A stretch of DNA of 63,211 nucleotides, counting the filler, from Octopus bimaculoides (lineage: Eukaryota), in assembly GCF_001194135.2 (NCBI RefSeq). It is 4 parts of 4 records of this genome, joined end to end, with 100 filler letters (N's around TTAATTAATTAA, not from the genome) between each part and the next. Parts side by side here need not be neighbours in the genome. Positions count along the whole stretch, not along the records: positions 1 to 21,043 come from NC_068994.1; positions 21,144 to 29,361 come from NC_069004.1; 2 more parts are not named here. The stretch is one strand, 5' to 3'. The stretch's first letter is position 1, and each line of letters begins with the position of its first letter. The translations under genes were made by a program, and so were the position numbers. The notes under the pieces were generated by a model, which saw only the letters and a program-made list of their open reading frames with translations, did not search any database and was not told where the DNA came from. Of this stretch, positions 12,333-24,079 are shown one piece after another.

Positions 12333-13100
12333 AATAGAACCTGCTCATGTGTATTTCAGGCCGATATTATGTTTTGTAGTTGAAACATATAAATAGTAAT
12401 TAAGCATCCATTTATATTGGTAGCGTTTATATAGTTTTTTTGGGAAGTTAAGAGGAATATATAAACAGAAAATGTATTTGTAATTGAATGCGTGTTAGTA
12501 AAATTTCAGTAAACGTCTTACCTTGAAACCAGGATATGTAAATATTTACATTTAACTGGACACTTAGTAAACCATTAGCACGTGGTTTACATAGAATTAC
12601 TATAACATAGGTTATCTCCCTTTTGTCTATGTAGAATGTCGTGGTTAATTCCCAAACAGAAGAAAATGGCGAAATTGACCTATTTTAGCAAAGTTGTGAA
12701 TAGAACCTGCTCATGTGTATTTCAGGCCCATATTATGTTTTGTAGTTGAAACATATAAATACTAATTAAGCATCCATTGATATTGGTAGGTTTTTTTGTA
12801 GTTCATGTGTATTTCGTTAGTAAACGGGGTATATTAAAAAATACATAAAATGTCACTTTCCAAATAATGGAAACCTTCTTAAAATTGTTGTCTGGAATGT
12901 TATTATTGGTTATAGGTAAACCTCTCACCTTGAAAGCAGGATATGTAAATATTTACATTTAGCTGGGCACTTAGTAAACCGTTAGCATCTGTTTGACATT
13001 GATTTGCTGTAACGTAGGTTATCTCCCTTATGTTTATGTAAAATGTCGTGCTGAATTCCCCAAAATAAAAAGGAAATGCCAAAATTGACCCCTATTGAAG
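12333..13100. repeat. Tandem direct duplication, units of ~366 and ~405 bp, upstream of RepHel
   Basis: AATAGAACCTGCTCATGTGTATTTCAGG at 12333 and 12699; CCTTGAAA.CAGGATATGTAAATATTTACATTTA at 12521 and 12928. Confidence 0.9.
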
Positions 13101-13870
13101 GAAAAAATGAAAAAATAGATTGTCGATTCCGGGCATTTTCGACCATGAGGAATCCATTGTTGTGAGTCCCAGATTGCTATCTTGTAAGGTGTGGATTTCT
13201 ATAGATGCAACACACACACACACACACAAACTCACCTATANNNNNNNNNNNNNNNNNNNNNNNNNNNNNNNNNNNNNNNNNNNNNNNNNNNNNNNNNNNN
13301 NNNNNNNNNNNNNNNNNNNNNNNNNNNNNNNNNNNNNNNNNNNNNNNNNNNNNNNNNNNNNNNNNNNNNNNNNNNNNNNNNNNNNNNNNNNNNNNNNNNN
13401 NNNNNNNNNNNNNNNNNNNNNNNNNNNNNNNNNNNNNNNNNNNNNNNNNNNNNNNNNNNNNNNNNNNNNNNNNNNNNNNNNNNNNNNNNNNNNNNNNNNN
13501 NNNNNNNNNNNNNNNNNNNNNNNNNNNNNNNNNNNNNNNNNNNNNNNNNNNNNNNNNNNNNNNNNNNNNNNNNNNNNNNNNNNNNNNNNNNNNNNNNNNN
13601 NNNNNNNNNNNNNNNNNNNNNNNNNNNNNNNNNNNNNNNNNNNNNNNNNNNNNNNNNNNNNNNNNNNNNNNNNNNNNNNNNNNNNNNNNNNNNNNNNNNN
13701 NNAAATTACCTTACACATCTTCAGGGAAAAAAGGTAAAGAACAAAAAGTAAACACCAAAAACATCTCTTGCTATATTGGTAGCGATTACATGTTTTTCTC
13801 CTCATCAACACATTTGTGGAGATATCATCATATGAACAAATATATATATATGTATATATATATATATTTT

Positions 13871-16662
13871 AGTGGGTGTCAATTTTGGGGAGCAAATAGG
13901 AAAATTCATAATCTTTAATTTTGGTAGTAATTTAGTGTTACTTTTTAGCATATAAAACAAAATTCTGGAACAAAAAGCAATTTTAAATAACTCTTAACTA
14001 TATCAATATGAATTTAAAATTTATGTTTTGAGAATTTTGAACATAATTGGTTTTCACCAGCATCTTTCTGTTTCAAGTTTCATATATACTATTATACATT
14101 CCAATTTACTATTTGAAAGTTGTCAAAGCCTTCACATCCTTCTTGCTATTGTTCTTTTCATCAGTTGCCTGCTGACTGCTTGTGCTTTGATGTAAGCCTC
14201 TCACTTCTTGTGACTGTAATCATGACTTACAGCTTCAGTGACCATTTTAACACACCTCTCAACACTTGTGTGTGTGATGGCCATTTTAGTACTATCATTG
14301 ATGTGTCTTTAAGATTCTTACTTGTTAAGGATGTTGGTGGTTCCACAGCCTCAGAACTCAAATCAACCAACTCAGAAACCTTAGTGGCATTGACATTTAA
14401 TTGGGAAACTTTTCTTTGACTAAATGAGTAGTCTCCCAACTGGTCATCTTCAAATGGGGTATCTCTAATCCTTAGAATGGTTTCTATAGCCTCAATACGA
14501 AGATTTGAACATTGGCTGGAAAGCATTGTTTGCAACATTGCTTCTGATTGAGCATACTTATGCAGACCTCCTCACCACAGGTAACATGATATCCTTCACA
14601 AACTTATTTTGTGTTCTTACAAGCTGCAATTGAAACAAAAGGTATTTGGGACCATCGACCCATTTTGGATTGAGCTTGATATTAAACCAGTTGGGAAGAT
14701 AGACATCAACTATAAATTCAATAATTAATCTCAAATTCTTCAGAGCCTTTCCCTTCAGTTGGTGTCTGGAAATCCAAATCCTGCAGAAGCGCAGAACTGT
14801 AGTTAACCAACAGCTGTGACTAACAGGTCCAATCTTCAAGAGAGCCAATGACTGAAATACTTCACCTGATCTTATTGCTTGAGCAATATGATGAGCATAG
14901 GACTAATCTGTGCTGAGGTCTTTGACAATTTCTTCTGGCAACATTGGAATGGGAGGGCCTACTTCAATCTTTGGAAAGTTTGCATGTATTTCTAGTCGTG
15001 TTGCTTCATCCAACATGTTGCCAAGAGGACCTGACCACATATTATTGCTTTTTGTAGGACCATCAATTTTCTGGATGAGGTGACGAAGAGGTAGCTCACC
15101 TGTATGTAAATAAAATTCAATCTAAATAACTCATTACACCTCCCTTTCAGTCAGCAATCACTGCTGTTGAATCCCCACCAATAGCCTGCACTGAATTTTC
15201 AAGCCCTCTGTCTTGAAGCCAGCATAAAATATTATCAGCAATTACCTCTGCATGTTTTTCCCTTCCGCTTCAACTTCAGGTGTAAAATGAAACAAGAACT
15301 GACCACCAGGCTCAGAGCAGACAATGTAGTGCTCTTCTTTGATTAGACCTTGAAATTCCATCTACTTCAACCGTAACTTTTGTTTCATCTATTCTTCCAT
15401 CAAACAAAAGACAGGAGAGCCCTCTTTTTAATTCTTTTTCTTGCTGATAGATATCTTACTCATTACTTTTTCTTGTGCTCTTCTAAGTTTATTATGAATC
15501 CTCTTGACTGATGAGGCCTGCATCTATCCAAGTGGCCCTTGCAATTTCAGTAGCTTCACAGAGTCCAATATAGTGACGAATACTAGCTAATGCAATGTTT
15601 GAAATGTCTCTTGTATCATATTTTCTTCTCTTGGTATGGCTTCAGAAGATTCTTCAAAATTTTCATCTGAAGACTTCATTTTCTTCAGAACTATCAAACA
15701 ACTGATAAACACCATGGCAGTGCAGTTCTTCTCTTTGCATGACTTCACTCTTCATTCTCTACTTTTCTTCCCTCTCTGACAAGATCTTTCCTGTTTCAGT
15801 AGAAATCTGTCTCTTACTTTCTTTATAATCAGTTGAGCCCATTTGCATACAGCCTTGGCCTCCTGTCTTTGTGCTCTGTGAGCTTATAAAATATAGCTCT
15901 AGAAAAGGTATCTTCTTTCCACGAGGGCAACAACAGTCAATGTAGGAATAATTTCCTCTCATACCAATGGGAGAACAATCCTCTTTTGTATGGAACACTC
16001 AGCTCAAAATATCAAACAATGTATCAAGTGAGTGTAGAAAAGCATTTTTCAATGCCAAGTTTCCTTTACCAAGTGATGTGTCTACTGCTTTCCACCACAA
16101 TCCCATTAGTTTTAGCTCAATTGTTTGACACTGTATGATCACTGGCAGATTGAATTGTGCATTAGCTTTTGTCCACTGGCGCAGAAGATGAGATATTATA
16201 TCATGTATGAGTTCCTTATCTGTATTGTTTCTTCTGTCCTTGGGATTTTGTTCCCGAAGTAGTAACCCAAGTCTTAAAATGTCTCTCACTATTGGAGGCT
16301 CTGATACAGGAAACTCTTTCCCTGTACCAATTAACAGGCTCAAGTGTGATGACATCCTGCCTCTAGTCTTCAGCATTGACATCTTGTGAATATCTGAAAA
16401 GAGTAAAAATTCATTTAACTAATTCATTCAACCAATTAAAAGATAATATAAGAGCGATATTTTGAGTCTAATCAGTTTTTCATATAAATTTTCAGCTATT
16501 GTTTCGAAACAACACCATATTGAAAATTTAGGATAAAATTGATGTAGGTTAGAGTTATTTTAATCCATTTTTTAATATATATCTCAAGTCTAGGAGTAAA
16601 AAGGTACAATAATTTCACTACCAAATTAGATTTTTAGTAAGTTATTAAAATTGACACACCCT
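13871..16662 (-). mobile_element. Full-length cut-and-paste DNA transposon, tentatively Sola2-like
   Basis: Imperfect TIRs AGTGGGTGTCAATTTT vs AGGGTGTGTCAATTTT (rc), plus a shared TAATTTGGTAGT...CTTTTTA block; internal transposase relic; superfamily label tentative. Confidence 0.75.
14230..16382 (-). pseudogene. Degraded transposase of the 13871-16662 element
   Basis: Fragments CCCPRGKKIPFLELYFISSQ, AIGGDSTAV (cf. GCDSTxVNTG), IGPVSHSCWLTT and FIVDVYLPNWFNIK; multiple stops and frameshifts. Confidence 0.8.
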
Positions 16663-16879
16663 GATATATATGTGTGTGTGTGTGTTTGTTGTGTGCGTGT
16701 GTGCCTGCGTGTGTGTGTGTGTGTGTGCACATATATTTATTTATATATACACACACTTGTACTTCTTACATACATTTAACTATTTTTAAAACAGAGATGA
16801 ATAAGTACAGTATAATAAAGAAAAATTAAAGTAACATCAGCAGATTGCATGAATAGAGTTTTAAATATTGTTTCTACCC

Positions 16880-17600
16880 AACTGTGAAAACAAGCATTTT
16901 AGCCTGTCATTGCATCTAACAACTATTTTGGAGTGCCTGTTTACAAGTTTATCTGTACACATTAAAATACATAGCACCTTCTCAAAACAGAGTGAACAAG
17001 ATTTTGAAAATAAAGCTATGTACAGATATGTATTTTTTATCACTGTCCATGTGATATTTTGTGCTTTTCCTTCCTTAAGTTCCAGACCAGGTCAGTGAGT
17101 GATGTGCAGTGTCTCTTAATGTTTTAAATGGTGCAATGTGATTCCAATGTTTATGTTTGAAGCAATCTGCATTTGCACCACTATATATGCTAGCATTCTA
17201 ACTGTACATTTTTTACGAAGATATCCATTTTCCAGGGGACATGTGTTCCTGTCCTTACAATTACAATTTATTACCACACTAATTTCTATTTGGCATCAAC
17301 CAGTCTTCTATTTTTTGTGGTTATTATAAGTACTGTTGATATTATCTTCACTGCTATCATTGTTTCTGTTCATAATATTACTATTATGGTTGAGATTTTC
17401 AGCATTTTCATTACTCCTCGTATTATTTTTGCTATTTTTATCAGAATTATTTAGAAGGGCTTGATTATTTTCTTCCCTACTAATGGTGTTAGTTATCTTC
17501 TGACTTAACTTCCTTTTATTGAATTTAGGAATGTGGCATTCTAAGTTATCAGATGTTGCATATGATAATTTCACTGTATGTCTATTATTAAAAGATAATA
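16880..17600 (-). mobile_element. Penelope-like element remnant (Asn-rich linker and GIY-YIG region)
   Basis: HTVKLSYATSDNL (cf. NTVKLSYSCMxN), Asn-rich linker, then CNCKDRNTCPL and TSLTDLVWNLRKEK in shifted frames. Confidence 0.7.
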
Positions 17601-17764
17601 ATATAGACAATATGTATATTTCATTTTACTTTATTATACTGTCTTTATTCCTGGTTCTATAGTAGTAAGAATGTATGTAAGAAGAATACATATGTTCATA
17701 TATAAATAGATACATGTGTAGCCACCATGATTGACTGCTAACTTCTAAATTTAGTATTGGGATC

Positions 17765-18500
17765 ATTAATTTTCAACATACCCATCATCATTATCTGTAC
17801 AAATGGTAATACAATTCTGTAGTTCTTGGAAAACATTTTGCAGCTGGTTTTCAGTAATACCATCAATCACAACAATTATCTTGAGTTGAGTTGAATAAAC
17901 ATTACTTTTCACATGTCCCCATAGAAAAAAAAAAAAAAATTCAGTAGAGTCAAATCTGGTGATTATGAAGACCACGATAATGGTCCACCTCTTCCAGCCC
18001 ACCTGTTAGGGAATTTTTCATTTAGAAACTGCCTAACTTGCAGAGCAAAGTGACAAGGTGCACCATCCTGTTCAAACACTGTAGCCTCCATCAGATCTAA
18101 TTGGTTAAGCTTAGGAATAAAGTAATTTTGCAGATTTCTAAATAGAGATCACCATTAACAACATAAATGGTGCTATGATTTGATTTTCACCCAAAGCACC
18201 CTAGATATTAGGGGAATCTCTTTCATCTTCGACAAATTCTGGTGGCTTTTCAGTCTCCCAAATATGGCAGTTATGCCTGTTGACCTTGCCACTAATGCAG
18301 AATGTTGCTTCATCGGAAAACATTAAATTACTCAAAAATGAATTTTCGGTATTAAATTTTTCATTGAACTGATGGCAGAAAGTTAGTCATGCATAATAAT
18401 CCTCTTTTAACAATAGCTGATGCATTTGAATTCTGTATGCTTTAATGTGAAGTTTTGTCCATAGAATTTTATCCGCAGTTGATTTTGGAAGCCTCAGCTC
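17765..18500 (-). mobile_element. Tc1/mariner transposase remnant, DD41D (rosa/Visitor) type
   Basis: FSDEATFCISGKVNRHNCHIW; EQDGAPCH...RWAGRGG..W..*SPDLTLLNFF..LWGHVKSNVY; 41 residues between the second D and the third catalytic position (now N). Confidence 0.85.
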
Positions 18501-18749
18501 TAAAGATGCTCACTACTTATAAAAAACTGCTTAGATTATAATTTTATTAATATATAATTAGCATGTTCTTTTACCTCAATACTCCTTTATTAATACCAGT
18601 ATATATCAATTAATCAATATTCACAGATACCATCTGATGAGTTAGTATTTAAGTGTATAATATGTATAAATATTAAATTATTTCTGGATAATTTCTTTTC
18701 CTCTCTCTGTTGTGGTTAAAGTTTGGTATATACTCAAAAGTATTCAAAA

Positions 18750-19570
18750 ATTTCAGTTTCTGAACATCAAATTTCACCTGTGGATTTGTCTGTCTTCTCC
18801 TTGTTGAAAGCTTCACCTTGAGTTTCACTATCACCAAGTGGTGGTCCGATCCAATATCTGCTCCTGCAATGTTGCCAGACTGCGATTTGGTCGATCTGGT
18901 TTTCCGTCTGCTGATCTGGTGATACACAGGTGGCTTTATGGCAACGTCTGTGTGGGAAGAGGGTGCCTCCAATAGTAAGTTCGTTGAATGCACAGAAATC
19001 AGCTAGGAGTTCCCCGTTTTCATTCATCACTCCGAGGCCATTTTTTCCCATCACTCTCTCTCTCTTTCACTATTGTCACTTCCAACTTTGGCATTCATGT
19101 CTCTCATAAGAATCAACATGTCTCTTCTGGGAAGTAACTGGGAGTAGAAGAGGTCTTTTGTGTCTTCCTCTGCATTGTTTGTAGGTGTTGGCCATGATGA
19201 TGTGATCTGACACTGGTTCCCACTCCATCAGACTCCTTGCTGCTTCCTTCGACAACAGCAGCGCTACCCCAGCTTCATGGTGGTCTCCTTCATTGTCTTT
19301 ACCCGAGTAGAGAAGTGTTTCGCCTGTCTCTAATTTGATCTCTCCGAAAGAGTTCCACCTTAATTCACACATGCTGAGTAGCGTGAGATGATACTGGCGC
19401 ATCTCCCTCACGACTTGTGCGCATCTTCCTGTATCTCGGAATGTTCTCACATTCCAGGTTCCAAGAAGGATGGGCTTCTTCTGCGAGAGCAGCTTTGGAC
19501 CACCCTTCAAGGTTGTCCTCGGCCCTGTAGCTTCCTGACGGGTTTGGCTACAGTACGTCATCAGTCTCAT
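18750..19570 (-). mobile_element. RTE-clade LINE, inverted 5' segment (AP endonuclease)
   Basis: LGTWNVRT, LLYSGK, GVALLLSKEAARSLMEWEPVS, DMNAKVG, NENGELLADFC, TENQID and ADIGSDHHLV. Confidence 0.92.
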
Positions 19571-20224
19571 CACCTGCAAGACATGCGAGATAAGGTAGAC
19601 CACGTGAGAGAAACTTCCCGTCGAGTGGGCTCGAGGATCAGCCAGGAAAAGACAAAAGTGCTGCATATCAACAAGCAGGAAGAGCCAATCACAATCGAGG
19701 GGGCACCAGTGGAGGATGTTAGTGAGTTTGTCTATTTTGGTAGCAAAATCAGCAAATCAGGTGGATCAGACGATGACATCACTGCAAGAAGCAAGAAGGA
19801 TTGGCAAGCCTTTGCTATTCTTCAGCCAGTATGGAAGTCCACTGCCGTCTCAACTTGAACTAAACTCTGCTTATTTAGTTCAAACGTAAAATGTGTGCTT
19901 TTGTATGGCTCTGAAACAAGGAGAGCCACCTGCAGCAACTACAAGAAGATCCAGACCTTCATCAACAAATGTCTCCGGCAGATCCTCCATCTGAAGTGGT
20001 TCGACAGAGTGCCAAACACTGACCTGTGGGAAAGGGCCAACCAGGAGCCCATACATGTTCAGATTAGATGAAGGAAATGGAGATGGATTGGACACGCACT
20101 GCGGAAAGAACCCTCAAATGTGACACGACAAGCACTTGACTGGAACCCGCAGGGGAAAAGGAAGCGAGGACGCCTGGAGCAGACATGGAAGTGGAGCATT
20201 TTGGATGAGCTCAAGACCACCAGC
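19564..20224 (+). mobile_element. RTE-clade LINE, 3' segment (RT C-terminal part)
   Basis: VEDVSEFVYFGSKI, LFSSNVKCVLLYGSE, RWKWRWIGHALRK-like segment, ALDWNPQGKRKRGR; clearly the same family as 36681-37354. Confidence 0.92.
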
Positions 20225-21012
20225 NNNNNNNNNNNNNNNNNNNNNNNNNNNNNNNNNNNNNNNNNNNNNNNNNNNNNNNNNNNNNNNNNNNNNNNNNNNN
20301 NNNNNNNNNNNNNNNNNNNNNNNNNNNNNNNNNNNNNNNNNNNNNNNNNNNNNNNNNNNNNNNNNNNNNNNNNNNNNNNNNNNNATAATATTCTTCTTAA
20401 TAATCCTCTGAATAACCCTAAACTTTAACTGTATACAATATAGCAACATTGTTTAAAAATATTTTAACTATAGTACTACATGATAAGACTTCCCCTGTTT
20501 CATTATCAATGGTCTGCTAATGGGCGACCCCCTTAATTGTCAGCTAACATCTTGTTTTAAGTTTTCCTTTACCAAACCTCATGATATTGCTTCTAATAAA
20601 TCTTGATTTTTATGACTATACCAACAATGATTTCTGTCTGCTCCCTCAGCCCTACCCCTAACAGACACTGCCCCTTTGTTCTCTCAGCCTTAGATATACA
20701 AGGATTTGATAAACTAGTCTACAAATTAAAACTGACCCCATAAAAACAAAAAAATCAGTAACAGGCAGTCTTAGTTGCTTCTATGCTGGAGTGAAGGCAG
20801 CATATTCTTTGTCTAACCCCTTAACTTCTTGAAGATTTTAGGTGTAATTAAACTAATGTGTACATCTATATTAATTTAATTAAGTTCTATGTCTTTGTGC
20901 AGCTGAGGATTGCTCTGCATTTAAATTGATGTAATGTTTGCATTGTTAAATTAAATGGAGTTGCATGAAACAATCGTACTGCATTACCTCTGGATATCCT
21001 TGTTGCTTATTT

Positions 21013-21043
<31 letters not shown>

Positions 21044-21143
21044 NNNNNNNNNNNNNNNNNNNNNNNNNNNNNNNNNNNNNNNNNNNNTTAATTAATTAAN
21101 NNNNNNNNNNNNNNNNNNNNNNNNNNNNNNNNNNNNNNNNNNN
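21044..21143. other. Artificial scaffold-join spacer (44N-TTAATTAATTAA-44N)
   Basis: Exactly 100 bp with a six-frame-stop 12-mer in the centre; identical spacers at 29362 and 37355. Confidence 0.9.
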
Positions 21144-21193
<50 letters not shown>

Positions 21194-21599
21194 TCACGCA
21201 CACATATATATACATATATATAGGTATATATATATGTATATACATATGTACGCATACATGTGTGTGCGTGTGTGTGTGTGTGTGTGTGCATTATGACATT
21301 TATTGAAATAAACAACTGTATTTAATTTTAGTTTGTACAACGTCAATTTTTATGCTTAATATGCATACATATAGATACGTATATAGGAAAATATATACAT
21401 CAACACACACACACACACAAACACATGTATACACACACATGTAATCTGCAACGTGTTTGGTGTATTCCAGGAAGCGGTGGATGGGGTGTTCGATTTCCAG
21501 CGGAGCTGTTCTCTTTTTTTAGTTTACGCTCGTAAAATGACTTTTACGCTATTTATATTTTAAAATCTTGACCGTTTCCTTTACAGCGAATCATCCCAG

Positions 21600-21792
21600 C
21601 TAATTCACACGCGCGCTCGGCGCACACGTACTGACACACACACACACAGATGTATGTATATGTATGTATGCGTGTGTGTGTGTGTGTGTGTGCGAGTGAG
21701 CGAGTGAGTGTGTGTGTGTGTGCGAGTGAGTGAGTGAGTGTGTGTGTGCATATAATTTAATAAGGTGTGTGTGTGTGTGTTAAGGAATAGAC

Positions 21793-21845
<53 letters not shown>

Positions 21846-22011
21846 CAGACAGGTAGGTTTGTATATACGCATATATGCATACAATACATAATTATACACA
21901 CATATAAACATATACATGCATATATACATACTATAAATATAATTATTTATTATATATTATATATATATATGTAGATATAAATATACATATATATATATAT
22001 ATGTATATATA
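21600..22011. repeat. Compound (TG)n/(GAGT)n/(GATA)n/(TA)n microsatellites
   Basis: Direct inspection. Confidence 0.9.
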
Positions 22012-23249
22012 NNNNNNNNNNNNNNNNNNNNNNNNNNNNNNNNNNNNNNNNNNNNNNNNNNNNNNNNNNNNNNNNNNNNNNNNNNNNNNNNNNNNNNNNN
22101 NNNNNNNNNNNNNNNNNNNNNNNNNNNNNNNNNNNNNNNNNNNNNNNNNNNNNNNNNNNNNNNNNNNNNNNNNNNNNNNNNNNNNNNNNNNNNNNNNNNN
22201 NNNNNNNNNNNNNNNNNNNNNNNNNNNNNNNNNNNNNNNNNNNNNNNNNNNNNNNNNNNNNNNNNNNNNNNNNNNNNNNNNNNNNNNNNNNNNNNNNNNN
22301 NNNNNNNNNNNNNNNNNNNNNNNNNNNNNNNNNNNNNNNNNNNNNNNNNNNNNGTTCCATTGAATCAATGGCGTTAGTGTGACTTGTATTTCGTTTCATG
22401 TGTTTCTTTCATCAGTTTTACATAAACTCAATTTTTTTTCTTTCTTTTTCTTTTTTCTTTTTTTTTATATTTATGTTTTGTATAGTTTATATCTTTTATT
22501 AGGATTTCCTATACTTTGGCAAAATCGTCTTCTGATGCCATACACAAATGTAAGAAGTGTATCGATTATTTATTATTGTTTGGCTTTTCTTACTTCCCCC
22601 CCCCCCTTAGTGTCCGTCTGGAAGTCATTACCGTTGGTCTTTTGAGAAATAAATTTATATCATCGTTTTTATATCGTTATTCTTTCGACATAAATACTGT
22701 TCTTAACCATTTTAGAATAAGCGATAGCAATATATGTGTTAGTTTGTGTCTCAAGAAATATATATACATATACGTGTGTTTGTGTATGTGCGTGTCTTTT
22801 TGTCTGTGTGCGTTGCATTGCAATGTTTCATTTTTGTACGTTTTATTTTTCCTTTTCTTATATTTTTTTGTCTCCGAAAGACTATTTTAGATAACTGCCT
22901 CGTGTTTGAAGACAAAAATTTCTCTGAAGTTTCTTTAAGTTTTCGTAATTGGTTTATATCCCTGGCGACAATTGTATCTTCAGCATGTGGCTTGATCTTA
23001 CAACTTAGATATTTTGTAGTTCATGTTCTATTTCAGACAAAGACAAATTGGCAAACGTAACTCCCAAATGAGAACCCACTAACATTTCGTAAGTGTGAAC
23101 GGACAAAGTGTTTTCTGATGAAACGCTTGTCAAAATTAATGGCGGTTTCAATTTTAGGTGAAAAGAAGCCAGTAAAGACAATTTTCTTGAGGATTTATTC
23201 ATTCGCTATCATTACTCCTTACATTTAGCATAATTGCCCCTAAATTAAA

Positions 23250-23570
23250 CATTGTTGCCCCAAAATCTAAGCATTGCCCCTCATTTATCCAAAATTATCG
23301 TCACTTTTGCTATTATCGTCCCTACATCAACCGCAGTGTCCCTATATCAGACATTACTCTCCCTATATCAGACATTACTCTCCCTATATCAGACATTACT
23401 GTCTCCCAGCATCCAACATTATCGTCCTTACATCCATTGTTATTGTTCCTACATCCAACATTATTATGATTTCCTATACGGAACATTATTATCCCCTATA
23501 TCAAGCATTATTGGCCTTTCTCCAACCATCCCTATGAAAACATTATTGTCCCCTACAAGAATGTATACAC
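23250..23570. repeat. 21-bp minisatellite (CCCTATATCAGACATTACTCT), 3 near-perfect plus many degenerate units
   Basis: Near-perfect units at 23340-23400; degenerate CATTATT..CCCTA units on both sides. Confidence 0.8.
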
Positions 23571-23574
23571 TCAC

Positions 23575-23734
23575 CACTACCAGCAAAACCATCATCATAA
23601 GCACCGTCATCACCATCACCATCACCATCATCATCACCACCACCACCTCCACCACCACTACCATCATTAACATCATCACCACCACCACCACCACCACATC
23701 TTACCCACCCCCACCCTATCATCATTACCCTCAT

Positions 23735-23774
<40 letters not shown>

Positions 23775-23775
23775 C
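23575..23775. repeat. (CAC)n/(CAT)n trinucleotide tract
   Basis: Direct inspection. Confidence 0.9.
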
Positions 23776-23921
23776 TATGACAAACAGATTGTTCATTGCT
23801 GATGTTTCTATCCTAGCCCTATTTGATGTTGTATCAGCCTCCTACCTTCTTTTTCGTGTCTCCTCGTCTTAATCCTCTCCCTCTTTGCCCATCACCTCCT
23901 CCTCCTCCACCTTCTCTGCAG

Positions 23922-24066
23922 CCTGCACGTCTTGCCTCCTCTCCCTCCTCCCTCCTCCTCCTCCTCCTCCCTCTCATGTTACTGTTTTCCTCGCTCGTCT
24001 CCGCAATCCCGTTGACAGCAAATCCGTTGTTGGTGACACCAACAACAATGGCTGCTGCTTCGTACA
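23922..24066 (+). CDS. Weak candidate exon encoding a signal-peptide-like stretch (PARLASSPSSLLLLLLPLMLLFSSLVSAIPLTANPLLVTPTTMAAASY)
   Basis: Acceptor CTTCTCTGCAG, donor A|GTGAGC, open frame; partly low-complexity (CTC)n. Confidence 0.25.
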
Positions 24067-24079
24067 GTGAGCCGAGGAA

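Larger units (their letters stand above)
6941..13240 (-). mobile_element. Helitron element, putative extent
   Basis: Contains RepHel; the 5' side (rc of 13100-13240) runs TATAGGTGAGTTTGTGTG... into a gap, resembling Helitron 5' ends; weak 3' hairpin remnant GGCAACGCTGGGC (rc 6941-6953) lacks CTRR; termini uncertain. Confidence 0.45.

Noticed and set aside
17308-17610. Asn-rich 100-aa ORF with a good acceptor, initially read as a host exon
   Set aside because: Continuous with Penelope motifs (TVKLSY..., CNC..CPL) in adjacent frames
23340-23402. Regular direct repeats resembling a CRISPR array (also 25660-25955)
   Set aside because: No unique spacers, no cas genes, eukaryotic context
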